From contig NC_092676.1 in NCBI RefSeq assembly GCF_964355755.1, positions 16,820,871-16,884,870 on the forward strand: a stretch of 64,000 nt of DNA, in the 5' to 3' direction. Under the pieces are notes generated by a model. It was not told the DNA's origin and searched no databases. It saw only the letters and a list, made by a program, of their open reading frames with translations. Of this stretch, positions 49,801-57,795 are shown one piece after another. Within the stretch, counting starts at the first letter, position 1. Each line of letters opens with the position of its first letter. The translations under genes and the position numbers were made by a program. The DNA is from Antedon mediterranea (lineage: Eukaryota; Animalia; Echinodermata).

Positions 49801-52800
49801 TTACCTTCACTTGATCCACTTCCTGATCCACTACCTGATCCACTTCCTGCTAATCCACTTCCTCCTGACCCACTTCCTGATCCACTACCTCCTGATTCAC
49901 TCCCAGATCCACTTCCTCCTGATCCACCTCCTGATCCACTTCCTGATACACCTCCTGATCCACTTCCGGATCCACCTCCTGATTCACTTCCTGATCCACT
50001 ACCTCTTGATCCACCTCCTCCTGATCCACTTTCCGATCCACCTCCTGATCCACCTCCTGATTGACTTCCAGATCCACTTCCTGATCCACTACCTCCTGAT
50101 CCACCTCTTGATCCACTTCCGGATCCACCTCCTGATCCACTTCCTGATCCACTACCTCCTAATCCACTACCTCCTGATCCACTACCTCCTGATCCACTAC
50201 CTCCTGATCCACCTCTTGATCCACTTCCGGATCCACCTCCTGATCCACTTCCTGATCCACTACCTCCTGATCCACTACCTCCTGATCCACTACCTCCTGA
50301 TCCACTTCCTGATCCACTACCTCCTGATCCACTTCCTGATCCACTACCTCCTGATCCACTACCTCCTGATCCACTTCCTAATCCACTACCTCCTGATCCA
50401 CTACCTCCTGATCCACTACCTCCTGATCCACTACCTCCTGATCCACTACCTCCTGATCCACTACTTCCTGATCCACTACCTCCTGATCCACTTCCTGATC
50501 CACTACCTCCTGATCCACTACCTCCTGATCCACTTCCTGATCCACTACCTCCTGATCCACTACCTCCTGATCCACTACCTCCTGATCCACTTCCTCCTGA
50601 TCCACTTCCTAATCCACTACCTCCTGATCCACTACCTCCTGATCCACTTCCTCCCGATCCACTACCCCCTGATCCAGATCCACCTAATTGTAATAGAACA
50701 CTGTGTTTATTTACTTGCTTTTATTTTTATTTATATTTATTATTTTTTTAGGGTGCTTGTTAGCTTAAACAAGGCCATATAGATGGCTGCAGTCGCGTGC
50801 TCATTAGTGTTTACCGACCGACCGACCAACCTACCAACTGACCGAAATTACTGAACACGTTTAAAAATGTTGAAATGTTTAAAAACTTTTATATTTTTTT
50901 AATTTAAACGTGCGTAGCCTGTCACTTTTAACGTAATTCGAGTTGAAAAGTAAGTCAAGAAAACAGAAATCGGGCAAAAAGAGTGCGCAATAACATTTAA
51001 CGCGCAGTGGGCGCGCAAAAATCTGCGCACTCATGGCAATTTTGTAAACGCTTAAAATTGCCTGAAACGTACTCTTATTTAATCGAAAATAAATTTTGAA
51101 AATGTTAAGCACGCGTACGCATGCGTTACATGCGCTACGCACGTAATTGTATTGCCATATGATGATTTATGCCCTGAAATTTATGAGTACCAAATTTTAT
51201 TTAATTGTGATTCAGGGTTGTGAAGATATGATTATAAACGTGATTTCGTTTTAAATCGTGCGTACACCACGTAATCTTTAATTGCGCACCGTGAAAACAT
51301 AACCACATCGATTCCTGGCCATAAGGAATATACTGTGAAAAATTGACTAGATTAAACTGATATCAAGATAAGGTCAGAAAGCGATAAAACGCATAGTGAT
51401 ACCGGACCGACAGACAGACCGACAGACCGACATAGTGAACTATAGAGTCGCGTCCACGCGACTAAAAATATGTGCTCTGCACAGATCTTAAAATATGCAT
51501 CCTTCATGTACATGGTTGTAGTATATGAAAAGAAAAAATAAATTCAATTAAATTGATTTGTGTATTATTTATCATAAATATAGAAAAGCATTATGATATG
51601 AATACATATCATAGTTTTTGGAGAGACTATCATTTGTTTTCTTTCAATATGTAATTCTGTAAAGTGCAAATAAAAAGTATAGTGTAGTCGATTGAGTAGT
51701 CTAATGTTGAACACTACTTACTTTGACTACCACTACTGCTGTTTATGTATAGGATACTCAATAAGATGATGACCTGAAGAAGTATAAAGGAAATGCAAGT
51801 TTAATTTCTTTATTTTAGTTAAAGACATGATGATGATTTTGCAAGTCACTTGCCATCTCAGAGTATGCTGATCGATATTAAAGGCCAGTAATTTACATAA
51901 AATTATAATATTAGTAGTGAGCTAGAATTTGATACCAATAAACTTTTTATCTTAACATATTTACGTGATATAATGTTGGTGTGGCCTAATGACGTCTTTT
52001 TGGTACCCCTTCTAGTATTATTAGATAAGCCTACAAAATGTTTGTATCGAGTGCTGTTGTCAAAAATTACGAAACTACAAAAGATAATTGACAAATGTGA
52101 TGTGGTAGTCGGCAGGAAAATGTTAGGCCTTATATGGCCTTTAGAACCACACTTTGATCTAGTCTTTTCTTGAAACGATTCACTGAGGAACCAGTTACCA
52201 CATAGTCAGGGAGGGAATTCCAGTAATGATCTTTGAGAGAAGAAGTCCCTTCTGCAATCGAGGGATTTAAAATGGTTGTTATTTTAGATGGTCTTGTAAA
52301 AACAATTTACATTAACTTTTATTGAGGTTATTTGTTGGTTGTAAAGGTCTCTATGACCGAACTACGCAAAACTATTACGTGTATGTGTATAAAATTTAAT
52401 GATAACTGAATTTATATGCAACTGGTTGCATATATTTTGAATTGTGGTGCTCGCGATAGTATTATTTGTGAGATTCCTGTTATTGTTTTACTATTATGTT
52501 ATTATGTCCTCTCTTTCTTCATAGTGGCATCAGATGTAAGTGGGGTCAGTATAGGCAGTTACTCGAATGAAAAGAGTACATATCACAACTCTAAAAGAAA
52601 ATTGTTACCATAGAAATGATGTTTTCGTCAAAAAATCAGACGATTGTGCTGTCCCAAACGAATTGGTTAAATAACTACTTATATTAAGTGAAAGATAAAG
52701 TTCGAAAAAAAATATTATTTGAGCTTGTAAATGTCGAGGTAACTGAAATAATGATATACCTAATTGAAATGTTATCATAGGCTGGCCACAAGCTCAACAC

Positions 52801-53229
52801 TCTTCTAATTTTCGAATTTGATATGGGCCTACTAAAATAAGAATTGCAGCCTCCATTGTACAAGCACATGGGGGACGTGGGAAAATTTTGATTGCTAACA
52901 ATTGGTTTTAAATACTGAAACTAGAAACTAAAACAATAATTTCAACGCATACACATGAATGAAGTTATCTACAGTATACAGACAACACTCTCAATAATAC
53001 CAGAATGTTTGGAAACGGGAAACTATGACCTAATTTAAATGGTTCCATAATTCTTTTACCATTAAAAACCATTTCTAAATACCAGACTTTGCAGAAAAAT
53101 AAAATATTAGGCCAGTCCATTGGTGTCCATTATTGGGTAAGTAACAGGTTGATAATTTAAACATTTCTCAGGAAAATAAAATAAAAATAAATTTCTTACC
53201 AAATTTACAATGCGAATATGTCGGTACAT
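19790..53229 (-). CDS. Adhesion G protein-coupled receptor (class B2), 36 coding exons, about 1649 aa: SP - (Gly/Ser)n - SUEL lectin - 2x F5/8C - S/T/E-rich stalk - GAIN/GPS - 7TM
   Basis: Exons 5' to 3': 53200-53229, 51722-51773, 49805-50683, 49390-49665, 49121-49276, 48128-48459, 42659-42815, 41724-42064, 40945-41098, 40669-40710, 40462-40509, 40099-40140, 39743-39784, 39380-39421, 39012-39053, 37881-37964, 37275-37331, 35676-35780, 34788-34886, 34432-34463, 34045-34209, 33739-33786, 33310-33418, 32401-32544, 31751-31817, 26569-26790, 26355-26466, 25494-25597, 25065-25170, 24277-24497, 23722-23788, 22995-23077, 21486-21651, 20801-20896, 20173-20322, 19790-19867. All are GT-AG, phases are compatible, and the total is 4950 nt with no internal stop found. 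The small stalk exons are less certain than the domain exons. Confidence 0.88.
20173..20322 (-). CDS. aGPCR cytoplasmic tail exon
   Basis: ctacag / GAG|gtaagt boundaries, 150 nt open, phase 0-0. Confidence 0.7.
20801..20896 (-). CDS. aGPCR helix 8 / tail exon (IQKAWKTKR...)
   Basis: Follows TSNE in frame, with ag/gtaagt boundaries. Confidence 0.8.
21486..21651 (-). CDS. aGPCR TM6-TM7 exon
   Basis: SILVVPILGMTWIFG...FTYLFVIFASFQGLAIAVYCFTSNE, with the secretin-family LGxTW and FQG motifs. Confidence 0.92.
22995..23077 (-). CDS. aGPCR TM5 end / ICL3 exon
   Basis: INVVLLLLVVRIIIKAAKEVGSTYDRV, phase 0-2. Confidence 0.88.
23722..23788 (-). CDS. aGPCR ECL2 / TM5 exon
   Basis: CWLSQDNGLIWTFVIPVLVIIF, with the conserved CWL motif. 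Confidence 0.92.
24277..24497 (-). CDS. aGPCR TM3-TM4 exon
   Basis: CKIVAFVLQFLFIAMFMWMFNEGLYLY...GWAIPAV...DYG, typical of 7tm_2. Confidence 0.95.
25065..25170 (-). CDS. aGPCR ICL1 / TM2 exon
   Basis: SDHVLIMKNLMITLALGQSVFLAGVDRT, phase 2-0. Confidence 0.9.
25494..25597 (-). CDS. aGPCR TM1 exon
   Basis: HDTILTVISYAGGALSILSLTFVIGLVYYL. Confidence 0.92.
26355..26466 (-). CDS. aGPCR GPS motif / Stachel exon
   Basis: WSQYGC...VSCECNHTTSFAVLVQ. Confidence 0.95.
26569..26790 (-). CDS. aGPCR GAIN subdomain B exon ending in CSFWD
   Basis: SGILSVTL...AIVCSFWDTSF, phase 2-2. Confidence 0.9.
27291..31636 (-). mobile_element. Composite HINE/Helentron-type element in an aGPCR intron, carrying nested repeats
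   Basis: On the minus strand it starts TTTACCTCCGCCAAGGAGGTA (subTIR plus palindrome, then TGTT/TGTA microsatellite) and ends GGCTGAGGTATGCACTCTCGGAGTGGCTTTCTAGTT (subTIR, hairpin, CTAGTT). Internal direct repeat at about 27490-27780 vs 31080-31355. Confidence 0.6.
28475..30917. mobile_element. Foldback-type non-autonomous DNA transposon with about 560-bp TIRs
   Basis: 28473-29035 is the reverse complement of about 30358-30919. Ends read TA|CTCTAGTAGCTAGATC...GATCTAGCTACTAGAG|TA. The arms are built of TGACCTTTGA-containing subrepeats. No transposase ORF. Confidence 0.8.
31751..34463 (-). CDS. aGPCR GAIN-region exons (34432-34463, 34045-34209, 33739-33786, 33310-33418, 32401-32544, 31751-31817)
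   Basis: Six GT-AG exons in a compatible phase chain (1-0, 0-0, 0-0, 0-1, 1-1, 1-2). Helical-type then beta-type sequence precedes the GPS. Confidence 0.8.
34788..37964 (-). CDS. aGPCR acidic/Thr-rich stalk exons (37881-37964, 37275-37331, 35676-35780, 34788-34886)
   Basis: Four symmetric phase 1-1 exons, open and rich in T/E/D. Confidence 0.7.
36017..36910. repeat. 18-bp minisatellite (CCACTTACACTTCCCGTA)n, intronic
   Basis: Dozens of tandem imperfect 18-mers. These explain the TTYTSR and GTGSVS ORFs. Confidence 0.95.
38935..40470 (-). repeat. Tandem ~360-bp exon+intron duplication, four units, each carrying a 42-nt microexon
   Basis: Near-identical units with exons at 39012-39053, 39380-39421, 39743-39784 and 40099-40140 (RTPLETTQAEQQTT-like), bounded by cag and gtacgt. 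Confidence 0.9.
40945..42064 (-). CDS. aGPCR F5/8 type C (discoidin) domain 2 (exons 41724-42064 and 40945-41098)
   Basis: FRASSQ...SWHPNPNDDDPWISFDL...IFGIVTLG...GWVSEFELEFS, then ADFVKLHV...CYLRVAF. Confidence 0.88.
42659..42815 (-). CDS. aGPCR F5/8C domain 1, C-terminal exon
   Basis: HIFRSD...VLAQHVKLHV...PYLRMEIL, phase 0-1. Confidence 0.85.
43127..43605. mobile_element. Palindromic MITE with long TIR (CTGTTTTCCTGTCGACGTTA), Harbinger-like
   Basis: Inverted arms of about 90 bp at both ends, in TAA/TTT context. Confidence 0.7.
44134..45114. mobile_element. Kolobok-like non-autonomous element (TTAA TSD)
   Basis: TTAA|AGATGTATTGTCTCTT ... AAGGGACAATACATCT|TTAA. Confidence 0.75.
44514..45007. 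mobile_element. MITE nested in the Kolobok-like element
   Basis: TA|GGGAGGTTTCGCAAC...GTTGCGAAACCTCCC|TA, with a TIR of about 50 bp. Confidence 0.8.
45689..47860. mobile_element. 2.2-kb non-autonomous DNA transposon with CACAGTG-type bipartite asymmetric TIRs (possibly Transib-like)
   Basis: Left end TACAGTGGGAAAGCCA...AAATCGTG; right end (reverse complement) CACAGTGGGACAGCCA...AAATCGTG. No clean TSD and no transposase. Confidence 0.55.
48128..48459 (-). CDS. aGPCR F5/8 type C (discoidin) domain 1, N-terminal exon
   Basis: VGLEGRFKIPSSAFDASS...SWC...PWISVDIG...GIITQG...WITEFRLELS, phase 1-0. Confidence 0.92.
49121..49276 (-). CDS. aGPCR acidic Ser/Gly/Thr linker exon
   Basis: TVTDVG...EESGIVTVEDVSSGITTGSGSQSGIVTDEEVS, phase 1-1. 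Confidence 0.75.
49390..49665 (-). CDS. aGPCR SUEL / rhamnose-binding (Gal_lectin) domain exon
   Basis: VCE...C...INVKSVRYGR...CP...C...CNGQPHC...DPCPDTYKYTEVDYTC: 8 Cys plus the YGR and DPC..T.KY motifs. Confidence 0.95.
49805..50683 (-). CDS. aGPCR 879-nt Gly/Ser repeat exon ((GSGGS)n-like, 293 aa)
   Basis: caattag acceptor and G|gtaag donor bound the repeat exactly. Length is a multiple of 3, phase 1-1. The GGA-TCA-GGA-GGT-AGT frame stays open while the DQEV frame is broken by TAG. Confidence 0.82.
50768..51468 (-). mobile_element. HINE/DINE-1-like element, copy 2, in aGPCR intron 2
   Basis: High identity to 12592-13253. Terminal palindrome AGTCGCGT-CC-ACGCGACT and hairpin GCCAT-ATAG-ATGGC. 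Confidence 0.8.
51722..53229 (-). CDS. aGPCR signal peptide exons (53200-53229 and 51722-51773): MYRHIRIVNL-VIILLSILYINSSSGSQ
   Basis: Basic n-region, hydrophobic core and small-residue cleavage site. Both exons end at gtaag donors, phases 0 then 1. Confidence 0.78.
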
Positions 53230-54614
53230 GTTGACAGATCGGTTGATAAACAATTTCAAACAATTCTCTATTCACGCATCTTGAAGACTTTTTAGTTCAA
53301 CTTCGACTACTTCGGCGTCGGTGTAATTATATTTGAAATATACTGCTATACTGCTAGACAAAAAAATGTATTATTGATCTGCTGTATTGACGGTATTGCT
53401 TAGTTCTATCAAAACACTGAGTTAGATAAATTTCTGTATTAATAAGCAATCGATAGTATTGAGTAATCATGAGATGTGGGGGTGACAACAAATAAATTAT
53501 TAATTAACTTCCGTTCAATTGAAAACGTCATATTGTGTAGTATATTATATTTAAACAATTGTTTTAGAACGTAAACATAAATGGAAGTATTGCAAGGTTT
53601 TAAGTTTAATCCCTAAGGGATACATTTACCTACTTTTGTAAACGAAATAGTTATGCTGGGATTTGTATAAACGTATATTAAATCTTTCAAAATAGTAAAT
53701 CGGCCTGTTTCAACATTATGATGCTGTACTCGAGCTGTTCAACCGGTTTTCAGCTATAAGTAATTATCGTAGAAAGAGATCTCGTATTCTTATGTGCGGT
53801 ATTTTTCAGCATCGACATCTATAGACATTGTTTAGCACGATCGGAAAACTCCCCTATTTGGGGAGAATCGTTGAACCTAAATTCGTTTTAATTGTCAATA
53901 ACTAATTATTTAACTTAATCTCATTAGTGCTATGGTTTTCATTAGGTGTTAAAAATCAGTATTGACACTATGTACCAAATTTATATACCATCGTGTAAAA
54001 ATTCCAAAAGTTATGCGCGATTTACCAATTTTTACCTTTACGTAAATTTATATATAGAAACACTTCGTTTCAACTTTTAAGTACGATATTGACTGAAATA
54101 CAACGTGGATAATGTTAGGTTGCATAATATATTGTTATGTTCTCACACAATACTGTTTTACGCAAGCAATGGAGCTTTCGATTTATGACGATCTACGACC
54201 ATTTCTTGTGACCTATGACCCATGCTAATAATTATATGTTACGCATACGTTGGAGATTACGACACTGAATTCGGTATCAAAAAATCATAGGTCGTCACAA
54301 ATCGAAAGTTAATGTTTCTTCTGATTAAAATTATTCTACTAATACCCGTGTAGCTTTCTAAATCGTGAAGCAACCAATTAATAAAACCTATCAATAACTG
54401 AAAAAAACTATTACCAATTACAGAAAAACACCTAAAACTTACTTATCTACAAAAACCTATAAAAGCCACCTCAAATTTCCGATGTACTAACCAATTCTTG
54501 ACGCCCTATTTACCAATTACTGTAAAAATATAACGATTCATTAGGAAACCTAATGTATAAATTCCTGATGTAGAGTCTAACCTATTCATTCCTAAATTGA
54601 AAAAAACATGCAGA

Positions 54615-55460
54615 AGCAATCACTCTTATACAACCACTTCTGATGAAATCACTATTGATGCAACCACTTCTGATGAAACCAAACCTGATGATGCAAACAC
54701 TTCTGATACAGCCACTTCTTTTGCAACCACTCTTGATGCAATCACTCCTGGTTCAACAACTCATGGTGCAACAACTCCTGATGCAACCACTCCAGATGCA
54801 ACCACTCTCGATGCGATCACTCCCGATGCAATCAATCCTGGTGCAGTCACTCCAAATGCAACCACTTCTTATGCAACCACTCCTTGTGCAACCACTCCTG
54901 GTGCAATCATTCCCGATGCAATCAATCCTGCCAAATCATTCCAGATGCAACCACTTCTTATGCAACCACTCTATGTGCAATCACCCATGATGCAAGCAGT
55001 CCTGGAGCAACCATTCCTGATTCTTGGTGCAATCACTCCAGATGCAACCAATTGTAATTCAATCACTCATGATGCAACTACTCCTGGTGCAATAAATCCT
55101 GATGCAATCATTCCTAATCCAACCACTCCAGATACAGCCACTCCCGATGCAATCACTCCCGATACAATCATTCCTGGTGCAATCACTCCAGATGCAACCT
55201 TTTCAATTTTTCATATGCAACCACTTATACATTCACTCCTTGTGTAATCATTCCAGGGGCAACCACTCCTTATACATTCACTCCTGATGCAATCACTCCA
55301 TGTGCAACCACTCCTGATACATTCACTTCTGGTGTAATATCTTCAGGTGCAACCACTCCTGATACATTCACTCTTGGTGTAATAACTCCATGTGCAACCA
55401 CTCCTGATACATTCACTGTTGGTGTAATCACTCCAGGTGCAACCACTCCTGATATATTCA
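54615..55460. repeat. 15-bp minisatellite (GATGCAACCACTCCT)n with a 30-bp derivative, intergenic
   Basis: Degenerate tandem units produce DATTP and MQPLL ORFs with frame shifts. No splice boundaries identified. Confidence 0.9.
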
Positions 55461-55569
55461 CTGCTTATTCCATCTACCAATATAATTTATGGTGGAAATT
55501 CATAATAATATGTATAAATTCCTAATGAATGAATACCTAAATTCTCAGTTATGAATATATTGTAAAAAG

Positions 55570-57226
55570 TACATATGCAGTATGTACATTTGTGACAAGT
55601 TGATATTATACAGATATTGACTGCTTAGAGGCTACATATAAGATTTGACATCCCTGAGGGAATGATATTGAGTTCGAGGGAATATATATTTCCCGAAGCG
55701 CCAGCTGAGGGAAATATATATTCCCCGAGAACTTAATATCATTCCCGAGGGGATGTCAAATCTTATATTTAACCGATATAAAAGGCAATATCTGTTATAT
55801 TATATAGCCAAGAACAAGTCTGCTGGGTTGGGTGAAGCTAGGCTAGGCCTCCTATATTTGTATTGTATTTAAACAAGCCTGCCTAGACACCTTACCTTGC
55901 GAAGAATAATATACAGATAATTACTAATTAATGATTCCTTGGCAATAAAATATTCACTTAGGCCTAGGTCGTTTAAATTAACAGAAGAATTTCCATCAAT
56001 AAGCCTATTAATAATAATATTATAATCAGGTAGGCCGAATAAAAATTCGTCTTCTTAACTTCTCTTCGAGGAGCCGAATCACCGGATGTTCAGCGCGTAC
56101 TAGTTACTAGGTTACTACACCGTGAGTATTGACCAATCACAAACGGTGTTTCATCACATTTAGGGTGGACTAATAACAAATGAGGGCGCTATGTATGCAT
56201 AGCTTAAATAGTTAAGAAGATTAATTTCTTCAAGCAAGTTCAGTGGCGCAGCGGTTGAAGCGTTGTCTTGCGATGGAGTGACAATTCCACCCGAGTTCAA
56301 GATCGAGTTGATGACTTTTGTTTATTTATCGGCAACGCGAGTGTTGGCACACGAAAATTACACAGTCAATATCATCGAACTCGAGAATCTATATGTTTAA
56401 TGACAGGGGACACGATAATTACGCGAAAATTACAAAGTCAATATCATCGTTCTCGAGGATATATACGATTTACGATCCTCGCAGCGGTAGTCATGTGATG
56501 CAGTTTCAACCAATCACGTTCGCGTATTTACATAGGCTATGTAATATTATACAAATAATGAATGTTTATGAGTGCAATGGTACAAATAATGGCACTTTCA
56601 TCATTCACCAAGTGCCATTATTTGTACCATTACACGAATACAAAACATTCATTATTTGTTTTATATAACATCTAGACGTTTTTTTTTCGTACACAAAAAT
56701 GTTTCAAAAAGTACTATTTAACGATCGTTGAATAGTGCGTACTATTGCACGCCATGTGACCCACATTCGTCCAATCAAATGACAGGAATTTATATAGGTG
56801 TTATATAAACGTGTATATTTACCTAATGAGAAGCTTGAATTCAGTATAACCATATTTGTTTTCATTTGTAATTTTCGATACGATGTTAATCAATGTAAAA
56901 ATGAAAAATGCCAATAAAATAAAATGATTAAAACCTTTCTTGTTAAACTGTGTCTATCTTGTTTGTGTTCGGTTCTACATCTACAAACTAATAGTGTAAC
57001 ATATGCAGTATACACATTTGTGACAAGTTGATATACGTGTATATTTACCTAATGAGAAGCTTGAATTCAGTATAACCATATTTGTTTTCATTTGTAATTT
57101 TCGATACGATGTTAATCAATGTAAAAATAAAAAATGGCAATAAAATAAAATGATTAAAACCTTCCTTGTTAAACTGTGTCTATCTTGTTTGTGTTCGGTT
57201 CTACATCTACAAACTAATAGTGTAAC
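55570..57226. repeat. ~230-bp local tandem duplication (first copy split by the 1.2-kb insert)
   Basis: 55570-55606 joined to 56809-57000 is repeated at 57000-57226. Confidence 0.85.
55607..56808. mobile_element. Two tandem hairpin-ended non-autonomous elements without TSD (possibly Crypton-like)
   Basis: The insert interrupts the first copy of a ~230-bp duplication; the empty site TGATAT^ACGTG is in the second copy at about 57030. Long hairpins at about 55607-55806 and 56548-56667, each element ending CCAATCA...TTTAYATAGG. Confidence 0.55.
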
Positions 57227-57795
57227 CTTATTAAAATCAATGGCATGATTTCTTAATATGTAGCAAAGAATTATGAGTTCGAGTCTACTATTTTTTGAAA
57301 ATTCTTTCATGTGTAGGCATCTATAAATTATAATATTAAATTATTTCACTATAGCTCAGCGATTTATGATTTTCCTTAAACTATCAAATATCTCTTTTAC
57401 TACTTAAAACCATCAAATAATGATTACACACTGTGTACGTCAAAATACACAAGACTGGGAAATCATTCAATGAGGCATAATTTAATTAATCTGCTCTATA
57501 AGCACTAATAAATGATTGTCGATTGGTATTCATTGAAGATATTAAACACCATGGTTATATCGACTTCATTAGTAAAAGTTAGTTATTATTTTTTAGAGAG
57601 GGTAGCACCTTGACGTCATAGTATGTCTTAGGTTTACAAAATATATCATTGGTCAATAGCTTTCAGGTTCTCTAACAATCAACAAAGAAGTAGCACCATG
57701 ACGTTGTAGTATATACTAAGATTACAAGGAAGTTTGATTTGGTTAATACGATAGAAACATTCCTCTAACGATCGGCGTGCCAACAATTAAGAGAG

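Noticed and set aside
49811-50782. 323-aa plus-strand ORF (IHFLL/IHYLL)n and minus-strand (DQEVV)n ORFs
   Set aside because: These are alternative frames of the repeat. The splice sites and phases select the minus-strand Gly/Ser frame, and the DQEV frame contains TAG stops.
19790-53229. Assigning a latrophilin (ADGRL) or ADGRD1 gene symbol
   Set aside because: It has a SUEL domain but no olfactomedin, HormR or pentraxin domain that I can see. Orthology needs a phylogeny.
54597-55247. 216-aa mucin-like ORF as a gene
   Set aside because: TTG start, internal frame switches between DATTP and MQPLL readings, and no signal peptide or splice sites. Kept only as a repeat.
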